From positions 6,490-70,489 of IMG/VR virus record IMGVR_UViG_3300045741_000352: 64,000 bases of DNA; one strand, given 5' to 3'. The position numbers and the translations under genes are program-made. This document shows, in pieces, positions 17,355 to 27,248 of the stretch; the first letter of the stretch is position 1; every line of letters starts with the position of its first letter. The stretch comes from a virus. The notes under the pieces are model-generated. The model saw nothing but the letters and a program-made list of their open reading frames with translations. It searched no databases and was not told the DNA's origin.

Positions 17355-17724
17355 ACCTCTGAAGACACTTTCAGGCTACGTTGCACGCGCACTCCCCCTG
17401 CACAAGTGGCGGCGTCCTGATGGTCTAACGAGCTTCTTAGCCGACATGGTTGCACTGCGTAAAACGCTCTCCCTGTGCTATTCGTGCGAGCATAAAATGC
17501 CGCGAGCCTGGGAAGATCGTTACAACTACCAGCGTGTGCGTCAATTTTACGCTGAGTGTGCCAACTGTGATTGGTGCAGACATCCTGATTCTACAACGAT
17601 GTTCGTAGCTGTTGAAGGTAGGTACGCTCAACAGATACGCGAAGAGAAAGCCGCCTTTGAGCGGATACGGTCTGCAGAGCGCGCTGATGAACAGCGTACT
17701 AGGCAGTATTTGATAGGTGCCTAA
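17341..17724 (+). CDS. hypothetical Cys-containing protein
   Basis: ATG at 17341 (MRINEPLK) preceded by gaggga, within track ORF 17320..17724. Confidence 0.45.
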   Translation: MRINEPLKTLSGYVARALPLHKWRRPDGLTSFLADMVALRKTLSLCYSCEHKMPRAWEDRYNYQRVRQFYAECANCDWCRHPDSTTMFVAVEGRYAQQIREEKAAFERIRSAERADEQRTRQYLIGA

Positions 17725-17741
17725 ATAGGGGGAGAACCGAA

Positions 17742-18506
17742 ATGGCACGTGCAATTGGTTCCTTGGTTGGTGGAAAAGACTACCTTGCTGATTATTTTGT
17801 GTCAGCAGCGGTCACTGTATCTCAGATTCTTGTTCGAGAAGCTACTGCATCTAACGCAGGTGAAGCGGCTGATCCGACAACGACAACGGCAACAGATTGC
17901 CTTGGCTGTGCCACAGACCAAGCGACATACACTGCGACTCCAACGCAGAACCCCGGTGCTTTCTGGCCCCCCACTTCTGGTACGCTTGAAAACCTTGTGC
18001 GTATCGAAGTAAATCCGTTTGCTATCTACCGTTTCCCCATTTCAGGAGGTGCGACGGCTGGTACGGCGCTTTCCAATGGTGCAAGCGGTGCAGGACGTAA
18101 CATCCTGATTATCAGCACAGCGGGGTCTAAGACGGTGCTCACGGCGGCTGGTACAACGGGAAATTCAGGTACAAACGATTTATCTGGTGGTTTGGTCATC
18201 GGTAAATCTGGTGCCAATGTGGGACAGATTCGTAAACTTGTGTCTCACGTTGATAACACCTCTGACACGGTGACAGTTGGTTTTCTTAACAACACTGTTC
18301 TCAATGATATGTTTATCAAAGTACCTTTTGGGCGTTCTGTGCAACGTATTCAGATGACATCTGACTTTACACAGGCAAATGGCGTCATTGCTACAGGTAC
18401 GGGTGCCTTTTTCCGTGTGTTGAACGTGGTGTTCGATGAACAAAATAGTCTGGCCTGGGTTGACGCAGTTTCAGGTGATCATATGTATAACCCGGAATCT
18501 GCGTGA
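17742..18506 (+). CDS. hypothetical head-associated protein
   Basis: 254 aa with gggggag upstream. It lies immediately upstream of the capsid gene. No motif recognised. Confidence 0.45.
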   Translation: MARAIGSLVGGKDYLADYFVSAAVTVSQILVREATASNAGEAADPTTTTATDCLGCATDQATYTATPTQNPGAFWPPTSGTLENLVRIEVNPFAIYRFPISGGATAGTALSNGASGAGRNILIISTAGSKTVLTAAGTTGNSGTNDLSGGLVIGKSGANVGQIRKLVSHVDNTSDTVTVGFLNNTVLNDMFIKVPFGRSVQRIQMTSDFTQANGVIATGTGAFFRVLNVVFDEQNSLAWVDAVSGDHMYNPESA

Positions 18507-18514
18507 CAGAACTA

Positions 18515-18544
18515 GTACAGCTTGTACTAATATACAAGCTGTAC
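18515..18544 (+). promoter_or_regulatory. perfect 12-bp stem-loop between the head gene and the capsid gene
   Basis: gtacagcttgta - ctaata - tacaagctgtac. There is no strong T-run after it. Confidence 0.5.
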
Positions 18545-18571
18545 AGTTGTTTACATAGAAAGGATCAATAA

Positions 18572-19489
18572 GTGGCTGAAATTATTGATGTTGCAAGTTA
18601 CCAAACTCTTCTGGACAGACGCTATCGTGAAATCTACGATGAGCAGATGGCGTCTACGGTGGATCAGTTGCCCATGTTTTTCAACATGGACACTTCGGAT
18701 TCCTTCGAGGAACGGCGCGGGTCTGTTGGCGAACTTCCCATCTGGCAAGCGTTTGGCGGTAATTTGACGTACACGCGGTTCTACGAGCAGTACAATGCTG
18801 TCGCTACCCACATCGAATTTCATCAAGCGATGCGTTTTACGCGCCGTATGATGGACGACGATCAAACGGGTATCATGCGCGGCGACCGCTATAAGAAAAT
18901 GGTGGATGCGTCGATCATCACTCGTCAGGTACACGGGGCGCGTCTTTGGAACTTCATTGCATCCAACGACACGTATTTCTACAACCGTTCTGAAGCTGTA
19001 CCGATTGCGTCAGCGAGTCACACAACACGCTCGCCTGGTGTTTCGACATCCACAGGTTTTAACAACACAACGACAGCCGAGTTGAGCCAGACATCGTTTC
19101 GGGCCGAGCGCCAAAAAATGCGCCGGTTTAATAATGATCAAGGCTACATTGCGAACGTCATTCCTGACACGCTGGTTGTGCCTATCGAGCTTGAACAGCG
19201 CGGTATGGAAGTGTTGTACTCGCCTGGTGATCCCGATAATGCACGTCGTAGCATGAACCCGGAAGCCAATACGGCGAAGATCATGGTGCCTCTCTACATG
19301 ACTTCGAGTACGAATTGGGGTCTGGTCAATGAAAGTATGATGCACGACAACTGCGTGTGGTTTGATCACACGAAACCGGATTTTCGTTCGATTATCGACT
19401 TTGAGACTTTTCAACTCAAAGTATCTGGCTACGGTCGTTGGTCTTTCATGGTGTTCGGTTGGCGCTGGGTGGATTGGTCCACTGCGTAA
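18572..19489 (+). CDS. major capsid protein (Mu gpT-like, HK97-fold type)
   Basis: 305 aa, GTG start after gaaagga. The block GELPIWQAFGGNLTYTRFYEQYNAVATHIEFHQAMRFTRRMMDDDQTGI resembles my recollection of the Mu gpT head subunit pattern (g..p....W.g......e.y......f......r....DD..g). Confidence 0.65.
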   Translation: MAEIIDVASYQTLLDRRYREIYDEQMASTVDQLPMFFNMDTSDSFEERRGSVGELPIWQAFGGNLTYTRFYEQYNAVATHIEFHQAMRFTRRMMDDDQTGIMRGDRYKKMVDASIITRQVHGARLWNFIASNDTYFYNRSEAVPIASASHTTRSPGVSTSTGFNNTTTAELSQTSFRAERQKMRRFNNDQGYIANVIPDTLVVPIELEQRGMEVLYSPGDPDNARRSMNPEANTAKIMVPLYMTSSTNWGLVNESMMHDNCVWFDHTKPDFRSIIDFETFQLKVSGYGRWSFMVFGWRWVDWSTA

Positions 19490-19523
19490 CAGTACAAAAT
19501 GTAATTACACAGGAGTACACACG

Positions 19524-19724
19524 ATGCCTGGATTCAATGAAACGTGTCACATGATGCCACAGTTCAAAGGTTTGTCGGGCGGACCGCACAAATTGCCTGA
19601 CCTTCCGATGGAACACGACATCAGCGGCCAGGGAAATCAATCGTCTGGCAAGAGCAACAACGGTGCTGCTTATACGGCCCACAAATCGCGGGCTACCATG
19701 GGCAGTAAGGTACTTTCCAAATAG
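19524..19724 (+). CDS. small hypothetical protein
   Basis: ATG at 19524 preceded by aggagt, within track ORF 19362..19724. Confidence 0.4.
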   Translation: MPGFNETCHMMPQFKGLSGGPHKLPDLPMEHDISGQGNQSSGKSNNGAAYTAHKSRATMGSKVLSK

Positions 19725-19738
19725 AGGATGTTCCCCCT

Positions 19739-20761
19739 ATGCCCGTCTCAGAACGTGAATTGACCATCCCTGTATTGGCTGAACAGAACTATCTGCGCTA
19801 CGATCAACGTCAGGAATTAGAGCGTTCATCGTCTGCAGTGCGCGAAGTGCTTGATAATCCAGCAATGCGTGCTGAAGCGGAACGTGATGGTGCTGACCTG
19901 GAGTCTATGGAACAGCAGTATCACCGCGAACGTGAGATGTTGGAGCGCGGCACACCGCCGTCATACGATTCACAGACGAAAAATAAATTGAATCGAGTGC
20001 GGCGGCATCTCGAAGAAGAAATGGTCTCGACTGCATTGTCACGAGATGAGATGGAGCGCGGTACGCCTGAAAATGTCGATAAGTATTTTCAGTGGCATTA
20101 CGGGCAGTATAACGGTGATCAAAAAATGCGTGCATATCGCACCATTTTACAGATACTGGACCCTAACAACGGAGAGCCTAACTTTTTATCGCTTTCTCGT
20201 TTACGGGCAAAAGTGGGTCAATCACCACGCCGTAATCTTCCGGCTTTTCGTGACAATTTTGATGAAATCAAGTGGGAAGAAGTGCTTGAAGAAGATTTAA
20301 TTCGAGATATGGACAACGACGAATATCAAAAATTTCTCGAACTCAGATTGCTTGATTGGACGCGCCCATCTATCTGTAAAGAGCTTTCGTGGACTGCAAA
20401 ACAGTATGAAGCGGCCATGGAGCGTGTACGCAATTCTCGTGGTATTCGGTCACGTCGCGTAGAACCAGAACCCGAACCTGAAGCGCAGCCCGAAGCGCAG
20501 CTTCGCCCCTACGATCCCATTCTTGATAAAGAAGTGGAACGTGTACCGGGATGGCCGCGTGAGGAAATCAAAATACTCGGCATGACCAATGCAGAGTTTA
20601 TCAGACAATCAGGCATAAGACAAGAATACTTTTATAAGTATTCCCATGACGACAGTTGGCCTGAGCATTACCGCAGAGATATTCTCGTACTACTTGATCG
20701 TTTGAAGTCGGAAGCGACGGAGCATGACGTAGAAGATGATGTACCTGTGAATGCGTCATAG
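19739..20761 (+). CDS. hypothetical acidic protein
   Basis: Track ORF of 340 aa, E/D/R-rich. Confidence 0.5.
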   Translation: MPVSERELTIPVLAEQNYLRYDQRQELERSSSAVREVLDNPAMRAEAERDGADLESMEQQYHREREMLERGTPPSYDSQTKNKLNRVRRHLEEEMVSTALSRDEMERGTPENVDKYFQWHYGQYNGDQKMRAYRTILQILDPNNGEPNFLSLSRLRAKVGQSPRRNLPAFRDNFDEIKWEEVLEEDLIRDMDNDEYQKFLELRLLDWTRPSICKELSWTAKQYEAAMERVRNSRGIRSRRVEPEPEPEAQPEAQLRPYDPILDKEVERVPGWPREEIKILGMTNAEFIRQSGIRQEYFYKYSHDDSWPEHYRRDILVLLDRLKSEATEHDVEDDVPVNAS

Positions 20762-20825
20762 CCCGTCGTGGGTATTTCTCGTAGCCTGTGCTACATACAC
20801 ACAGAGCACATGAAAGGACACTATC

Positions 20826-21743
20826 GTGGCACTTACAGCGTATCCTGGTATGTTAGCGGGTGTTGGCGCACCGTATCTTAATGTGTTACCAATGCTGACG
20901 CCTGGTAAAGTTTTCTTCGTACACGCAACGCTGGGTAAGACAAATAACACGGGTGACGACCCGACGCGACCCATGACGACCATTCAAGCGGCGTATAATA
21001 AATGTCGCGCCACACGTGGTGATATGGTTGTAGCTTTGCCGGGACATACCGAGGCGATCTCTGCTGCCGCTGGTATTGTACTGAACCTTGCCGGTGTTCG
21101 TGTCATAGGTATAGGAGACGGCAATGCGCGTCCTGTGCTCACTTTGGGCACAGCAACGTCAGCGTCATTTGACATCACAGCGGCAAATAACCTTGTCAGC
21201 GGTTTTGTTTTTGATATGACAGGTGTTGATGCGATTACTGCTGGTATGAATGTTCAGGCGGCAGACACGCTGATTGTGAATAATCGCTTCATTCTTGCTT
21301 CAGCATCAGCACAGGCGACTCTCGGTATTTTGACAACTGCTGCTGCAAACCGTATGACGTTGATGGCGAATCGCTTTGAAGGGACATCAGATGCCGGTAC
21401 GACTGCCGCTGTACGTATTGTCGGCGGTGACGGTATTACTATCGGCGGTCTTGATTTAAGTCAAGGTAATTGGTTTTACGGAGCGTATTCATCTGGTGTC
21501 GGTGCGATTCAGGGTCTTACGACAGACACAACGAATATCCTTGTGGCAAGCAACGCGATTTCAAATGTCACCGCAAATTCAACGAAAGCGATGGTGTTTA
21601 CAGCGTCGTCTACTGGTGTATTCACGAACAACCGCATGGCGATCCTTTCTGGTACCGCTCCTGTGACGTTTGCGGCTGGTAATAACGGCGGTGGTGGCTA
21701 TTACAGCGCGGCTGCAGGTGTGGCGGCTGGTACGCTCATCTAA
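20826..21743 (+). CDS. putative right-handed beta-helix protein
   Basis: 305 aa. The N-terminal GKVFFVHATLGKTNNTGDDPTRPMTTIQAAYNK...GDMVVALPG resembles the start of pectin-lyase-fold proteins. Short repeated beta-strand-like segments follow. Confidence 0.5.
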   Translation: MALTAYPGMLAGVGAPYLNVLPMLTPGKVFFVHATLGKTNNTGDDPTRPMTTIQAAYNKCRATRGDMVVALPGHTEAISAAAGIVLNLAGVRVIGIGDGNARPVLTLGTATSASFDITAANNLVSGFVFDMTGVDAITAGMNVQAADTLIVNNRFILASASAQATLGILTTAAANRMTLMANRFEGTSDAGTTAAVRIVGGDGITIGGLDLSQGNWFYGAYSSGVGAIQGLTTDTTNILVASNAISNVTANSTKAMVFTASSTGVFTNNRMAILSGTAPVTFAAGNNGGGGYYSAAAGVAAGTLI

Positions 21744-21757
21744 CGAGGATACACACA

Positions 21758-21976
21758 ATGTTCGATATGTCGGTATATTTTAACTATGAGCTGGAGCGTA
21801 CCGCACGCTCCAGCGGGTGTGACGATGAAACACGCAGCATGATTAAAGAAGAACTCATGTTGCGTAAAAAAGACAAGACACGGGAACCTGTGAATCCACA
21901 AGATGAGGTAGTACCACATGGCCCAGAAAAAGTTGAGCTTCAAAAAGGGGACAGTAGCACGGGCAGCACGCGGTAA
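21758..21976 (+). CDS. small hypothetical protein
   Basis: Track ORF of 72 aa with cgaggat upstream. It overlaps the next small ORF. Confidence 0.3.
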   Translation: MFDMSVYFNYELERTARSSGCDDETRSMIKEELMLRKKDKTREPVNPQDEVVPHGPEKVELQKGDSSTGSTR

Positions 21977-22100
21977 AATAGCAGAGCAGTTCAAAGCAGA
22001 AGGTGATTCGGCTGATAGTGCCTTTGCGAAGGCAACGGCTATCACGAAACGTGCCTCAAAAGGTGGACAGAAGAAGCTCGCACAGAAAGGGTTGAAGTGA
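21918..22100 (+). CDS. small basic hypothetical protein
   Basis: Track ORF of 60 aa with gaggta upstream, Lys/Ala-rich. Two more coupled mini-ORFs follow, up to about 22339. Confidence 0.35.
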   Translation: MAQKKLSFKKGTVARAARGKIAEQFKAEGDSADSAFAKATAITKRASKGGQKKLAQKGLK

Positions 22101-22386
22101 AACGCAAACTCAACGAAGAAAACAAAAAGCACGAAAAGACTGAAAGTGCAGCGAAAGAAAAGCAAGAAGAAAAAATGCTCAAGATGATGAAGAAGAAAGG
22201 CAAGAAATGAACGGGAATACCAACGGCACCAGTCAAACTGTTCCTACGGTAAAAAACCCGGAAGAGGACATCAATAAAGAACTCATGGCACGTAAAGCGC
22301 CGTGGTCGAAACCTGACAAAACACGCGGCACTTCCTGACATTCTCGTTCAATGAACGAGATTTAAGTGTTTGATATGAGGTGAGTT

Positions 22387-23361
22387 GTGGCACTACCCTA
22401 CCTATTTGAGTGCAATTTTGAAGACGGGACAAGTTCACCGTTTGACAGTGAAACTGACACGGAAAATAAACTCTCTGTCGAGCACTACTCTGTACTCTCG
22501 AAGTTGCCGTTTGTTGACTCCATTCCCTATCGCGGTGCGTATGCGGCATTGATAGATGTATCAATTGGTACGGCTGATGCCTATTACCAGGAAGATACAG
22601 GCTTTGATGTTGCAGCAAACACCGCCGCTGCCTGTCGCTTTGCCTTCTGGATTTCCAGCAATCTTGTCATGGCGACTAATGACACATTTGATGTGCTGGA
22701 GTGGCAATCTGCGGGTCCGGTCAATGAGTTTTCAGCTCGTATCATTAACACAGCCGGTGTTATTACATTTTCTGCGGGTGATCCAGGCGGTGCAACATTC
22801 CGCACCTCTCCTATCACACTGAATACCTGGCATATCGCAGAGCTTGTCATCAATACAGGTACAGGCGTAAATGCCACGTGTACAGTGTATCTTGATGGCC
22901 AACAACTTGGGGCACAGATAACAGGTATCACCTGTGCGGCACTCACACAGGCGCGTATGGGGGCCATTGGCATTGATGCAGGTACGACACGTGGTCGTAT
23001 CCTTCTTGATCAGATCGTTGCTGACGACACACGTGTAGGTACTTTCTCAAAACGCTTTGACATGACACGTTTTGCAACGAAGTCAGGACACGTAGCGTTA
23101 GGACCGGGTTCAATTGTTGAAGCTGATCTCGTGCAGTCAAGTGCTCTTGATGAGACGATGACGATGTGGGATACTGACACAGCAGACACCACAGATGTAA
23201 GTCGTCGTATCGTGGCTTTTCAGGCATTCAGACCTATTTTCTTCAATAAAGGTGTGTATGTCACACTTAGCGGCACAAATCCGGTAGGTGTGGTGAAATG
23301 CAAAGATGCGTTAGATATGTCGGAAGGCGGTATTAAGAATTTGGGGGTGCGTCATCTATGA
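22387..23361 (+). CDS. hypothetical protein (possibly a jelly-roll, lectin-like fold)
   Basis: 324 aa with a GTG start after gaggtgag. The segment WHIAELVINTGTGVNATCTVYLDGQQLG is reminiscent of LamG/ConA-like domains. This is a weak call. Confidence 0.45.
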   Translation: MALPYLFECNFEDGTSSPFDSETDTENKLSVEHYSVLSKLPFVDSIPYRGAYAALIDVSIGTADAYYQEDTGFDVAANTAAACRFAFWISSNLVMATNDTFDVLEWQSAGPVNEFSARIINTAGVITFSAGDPGGATFRTSPITLNTWHIAELVINTGTGVNATCTVYLDGQQLGAQITGITCAALTQARMGAIGIDAGTTRGRILLDQIVADDTRVGTFSKRFDMTRFATKSGHVALGPGSIVEADLVQSSALDETMTMWDTDTADTTDVSRRIVAFQAFRPIFFNKGVYVTLSGTNPVGVVKCKDALDMSEGGIKNLGVRHL

Positions 23362-25475
23362 AAAAATTACTGACGTGGCTTTGTATTCTTTGTACCGCTT
23401 TTCCGGTGTATGCACAGGTGGTGAGACCTCCGACTGGAAGTAGCGGCAGCTCACTAGAAGTGAAAGAGGTTGACGGTACACCAGATGTCACCAGTGTACG
23501 TACAATGGTCGTACCAAATGGATCACTCACTGATAATGGCAATGGTAGTGTTACTTTAACAATATCTGGGTCTGGTACTGTAACGAATACTGGCACGCTG
23601 ACGGCGAATCGGCTCATGCTTGGTAATGGTGCTAATGATATTACCGCGTCATCCTCGCTCACCGGATTGGTGCTGGGCAATGGAGCATCTGCTCCGACAG
23701 CCATTACAACCTCGGCTGGACTTGCGGGGGCACTCTCCGATGAGACGGGTAGTGGATTGGCGGTCTTTGCGACATCTCCAACCCTTGTAACGCCGACGCT
23801 TGGTGTAGCTTCAGCTACAAGCATCAACAAGGTCACGATCACGGCTCCGGCAACTGGGTCAACCCTGACGATTCCTGATGGCGTAACGCTGACCGGGCCA
23901 TCGTCCTCTGCGACCGTCGCAACGCTTGGTTTGACCAATACGTTTACAGGGCGGCAAGATGCCAGTGGCGCAGCGTCAACGTCTCCTATGAAGGTAGGGA
24001 CCACGGCAGGAAAACCTGGAACGTGTATTGTTGGTGACGAATATTTTGCCAATGATGCCACCGCAGGGCAAAACATTTTCTTTTGCACAGCCACAAATAC
24101 CTGGACGCAGCAGCTCAATTCAGGCGGTGGTGGTGGGAGCCCTGGTGGCTCGAATACACAAATTCAGTACAACAACTCTAGCGCATTCGGCGGTGCGGCC
24201 AACTTCACCTTTACGAGTGCGACGGGGGTTGTTGGCCTCACGCAAAAGGCCAACGGCAATGAGACGTTGACGGGGAATCGCTTTACTGATACCTCCCCGA
24301 CTGGTAATTTTATTCATTACCAAAACGCCGCATTGAATCAGGATTTGCTCTTAGGCGATGTGACGGGAAAGTTCACGGCTGTATCTTTTGCCACTAATGC
24401 CACAGGGGGCGGGACGCTTGCCTTGAATGGCGCTACCAGTGGCTCTGTGACGTTGAATGTGCCTGCGACAGCAGGTAGCAATACGATGACCTTGCCAGCG
24501 GCCACCGATACCTTGATTGGCAAGGCCACCACGGACACCTTGACGAACAAGACCTACGACACGGCAGGCGCGGGGAATACGTTCAAGATCAATGGCACCT
24601 CGATCACCGCCATCAAGGGCAACACGGCGACGGTGGCGACGGTCTCTGGGGCGCTGACGACCGGGAATGTGGTGAAAAGTGACGCTTCAGGGAATCTCAT
24701 TGATGGCGGGTCGGCGGGCGGAGGGTTTGATGCCAACGATGTGACGGTTGTGTGGTTCCGTGATGACTTTCCTAGCAGCAATACCAGCTCAAGCAACTTT
24801 TTTGGGCAGCTCCGCTGGCAGCCGAACGCTATCACCTCGTGTTCCACCGGAGGTGCCGGCACGGCAGACCAGAATGGCGTCTTTCCCCATGTCGGGATCA
24901 CGCAGCAGACCACCCCAGTTACAGCAGGGTCTGGGTGCGTACTCCATATGTCGACAGCCAGTAATGGCATGTTTGGCACGCTCTTTAATCAAGGTACCAA
25001 TAGCCCGTGGACATCGAAAACCATTGCACGTATCTGTGCGCCATCGGGTGCAAATACCTGCGGCGGCGGCGGCGCACCGAGTAGGGTCATTTTCAAGACC
25101 GGCCTGGTGGACGGGGCGGCGAGTGTCACAACCATTACCCCGGCAGGCGGGTGCTGGATTCGCCACGACACGAACGCAGGGGATACGGACTTTATCGGGG
25201 AATGTTGTTCAGCCTCAACGTGTACGGCGACCACCGGCTTGACTGGGAGCGCGGCGGATCAGGGGTGGCACACTTTCAAGATTTCCAGTACGACCAATGG
25301 GCAGATAACGTTCACCGTTGATACAGGCACCCCACAAACCGTCACAACGAATGTTCCTACGGGCAAGGACATTGCTCCCTGGCATGGGATTGTGGCTGGC
25401 ACGGGCGTCTCTGGCTCAGAGAATCGCCGCTATCAGCTCGATTTCTGGTCCTTTAGCGGGACGGTGGCACGATGA
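23358..25475 (+). CDS. fibre-like protein with an N-terminal signal peptide
   Basis: 705 aa. MKKLLTWLCILCTAFPVYA-Q looks like a Sec signal with an AxA-type cleavage site. The rest is Gly/Thr/Ser/Ala-rich and fibre-like (LAGALSDETGSGLAVFATSPTLVTPTLG). Confidence 0.6.
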   Translation: MKKLLTWLCILCTAFPVYAQVVRPPTGSSGSSLEVKEVDGTPDVTSVRTMVVPNGSLTDNGNGSVTLTISGSGTVTNTGTLTANRLMLGNGANDITASSSLTGLVLGNGASAPTAITTSAGLAGALSDETGSGLAVFATSPTLVTPTLGVASATSINKVTITAPATGSTLTIPDGVTLTGPSSSATVATLGLTNTFTGRQDASGAASTSPMKVGTTAGKPGTCIVGDEYFANDATAGQNIFFCTATNTWTQQLNSGGGGGSPGGSNTQIQYNNSSAFGGAANFTFTSATGVVGLTQKANGNETLTGNRFTDTSPTGNFIHYQNAALNQDLLLGDVTGKFTAVSFATNATGGGTLALNGATSGSVTLNVPATAGSNTMTLPAATDTLIGKATTDTLTNKTYDTAGAGNTFKINGTSITAIKGNTATVATVSGALTTGNVVKSDASGNLIDGGSAGGGFDANDVTVVWFRDDFPSSNTSSSNFFGQLRWQPNAITSCSTGGAGTADQNGVFPHVGITQQTTPVTAGSGCVLHMSTASNGMFGTLFNQGTNSPWTSKTIARICAPSGANTCGGGGAPSRVIFKTGLVDGAASVTTITPAGGCWIRHDTNAGDTDFIGECCSASTCTATTGLTGSAADQGWHTFKISSTTNGQITFTVDTGTPQTVTTNVPTGKDIAPWHGIVAGTGVSGSENRRYQLDFWSFSGTVAR

Positions 25476-26989
25476 AAACCTATGGGTTGGCCTTGTGTCT
25501 CGCGCTCCTCACTGCCCCATGCGTCCAGGCGCAAGCGTCGTGGACGATGACGGGGGGCGTGACTATTGGTGGCACCGCAACGCTCGCGGGTACCTATTCC
25601 CCTATCCCTACGCTTGCGGCAGGATGGTATCAACTCAGTGGGACCAATGCCCAAACAAGTTGCTGCCCCAACACGACGCAGCTTCCAGCACCACAGGGCG
25701 GCACGGGCTGCAAGAGTGTGATGGATGCTCAGTCAGGCGGTGCCTTTGATTGGCTCAATCGTAAATTCTATGTCCATGGCGGTGGCCATAATGATTGGTA
25801 TGGCAATAGCGTGTGTTCATTGGACATCGGGGCTTCGCTGACCAGTAGCCCGTCAGGCATAAATTTCTTTGTGCAACCAACAGCTTTGCACGCAGCGCAG
25901 ACGACAGGGCCGAATATCGGTGCTCAGGCTGGAGGAGCCGAAGGATTACCGGCACGTGGAATTACGAACGTTGTACGTACCAGTAATGTCGTCACACTCA
26001 CGTGTGATATTTCTTGTCCGTTTTCGGTCAATGACCATGTTCAGGTGGCGAATACCGCGCTGGTCGATAGCACAGATGTTGTTGTCACAGGTACGCCTTC
26101 AAGCACAACCTTTACATATACCTTGGCTGGTAGTGATATTGGCAGTACGGGTGTGACAGCGCGTGCCAGTGGCTACACAGCGCCGAATGCACGCCACACG
26201 TACCAGGGTGATGTGATTGACCCGACATCTGGGAAGCTCGTCACTATTGGTGGCTTTTTATCGCCAAACGCGACCGGCACCAATCAAGCATGGTCGCTTA
26301 ATCTCAGCTCAGGAGTGTGGACGTGGGAAGGAACGCCGTCTGGGACACCGCCGTCCGCAGCCAACGCCGGGAGTAATCCCGTTCTGCTTGGTATTAAGAA
26401 CAGCACGCGAGGGGACAGGTTGTGGCTTGGAAGCAATGGCGACCTCTACGAGTGGGATCATACCTCTGCGCCAGGCACGATGACCAAGCGCACGAGTGGG
26501 AGCCCCATGCTCACTAACGGAGCCTGGACGCAGTGTAGCGGCGGAATTGATCCGATTAACGAGTATGCTGTGTTTATTTGTGGTGATTCTCGCGCTGCTC
26601 ATAGTGCAGGGTATTATGCTGTCAGTATCGCTTCTGGGAGCAGCTTTACTGTCAAGACACTCACGCAAACAAGCTGTGATACGGCTAACGGTTTTACGGC
26701 TAATGTTTACACAAGTGGGCTCAACATTACAAGTCCGGGGCTTGATTGGGACTGGAAACATAGTGAGATGGTTGGCTACCTCGGAAATGGCAACGATCTA
26801 TACAAAATGGCCATTAACTACGGGGCTAACACGGTCACTTGTACTACTGAGACGGTGGCAAGTGGGCCTTCGACATACAATATGGGCATCAGTGGGGTGT
26901 TTAACCGCTGGGCTTACTCACGGCAGGATGATCTCTGGCTGTTGTGCCAGGGTGGCAACACTAATTGCTATGTACTCAAGCGGAATTAG
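25472..26989 (+). CDS. secreted protein, possibly a beta-propeller
   Basis: 505 aa. MKTYGLALCLALLTAPCVQA-QA is a signal peptide. The body is Gly/Trp/Thr-rich with segments such as KFYVHGGGHNDWYGNSV that resemble Kelch-type blades. This is a weak call. Confidence 0.5.
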   Translation: MKTYGLALCLALLTAPCVQAQASWTMTGGVTIGGTATLAGTYSPIPTLAAGWYQLSGTNAQTSCCPNTTQLPAPQGGTGCKSVMDAQSGGAFDWLNRKFYVHGGGHNDWYGNSVCSLDIGASLTSSPSGINFFVQPTALHAAQTTGPNIGAQAGGAEGLPARGITNVVRTSNVVTLTCDISCPFSVNDHVQVANTALVDSTDVVVTGTPSSTTFTYTLAGSDIGSTGVTARASGYTAPNARHTYQGDVIDPTSGKLVTIGGFLSPNATGTNQAWSLNLSSGVWTWEGTPSGTPPSAANAGSNPVLLGIKNSTRGDRLWLGSNGDLYEWDHTSAPGTMTKRTSGSPMLTNGAWTQCSGGIDPINEYAVFICGDSRAAHSAGYYAVSIASGSSFTVKTLTQTSCDTANGFTANVYTSGLNITSPGLDWDWKHSEMVGYLGNGNDLYKMAINYGANTVTCTTETVASGPSTYNMGISGVFNRWAYSRQDDLWLLCQGGNTNCYVLKRN

Positions 26990-27010
26990 AAATATGACAG
27001 AGAGTATATT

Positions 27011-27238
27011 TTGAAAAAAATACTACTTTTAGCGTTTCTTGCGGGTTTGGTGAATCTCGGTTCGACACTCGGTGCGATTGCTCAAGGGTCGTCTTCGGTT
27101 ACAGCAGCACAGTGGTATTGGGTTATTGGAGCATTCGTAACCGCATTTGCAAAAGACCTGCAATCATTGTTTGTAGTGCCACCAAAAAAAGAATTACAAT
27201 CAGGTGACTCAACTGTGACCATTGAGACAAAGAGCTAG
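27011..27238 (+). CDS. small secreted or membrane protein
   Basis: 75 aa with a TTG start. MKKILLLAFLAGLVNLGSTLGAIA-Q is followed by a second hydrophobic segment, WYWVIGAFVTAFA. Confidence 0.4.
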   Translation: MKKILLLAFLAGLVNLGSTLGAIAQGSSSVTAAQWYWVIGAFVTAFAKDLQSLFVVPPKKELQSGDSTVTIETKS

Positions 27239-27248
27239 GAGTGTATCC

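Noticed and set aside
23333-24118. Long antisense ORFs opposite well-supported genes (for example 23333..24118, 21740..22165, 44486..44998, 24554..24979, 26309..26761, 10519..10800, 39872..40195 and 60483..61004).
   Set aside because: Each lies entirely within a longer ORF on the other strand that has recognisable motifs or operon context. Their products are low-complexity or Cys/Arg-rich, typical of antisense frames.
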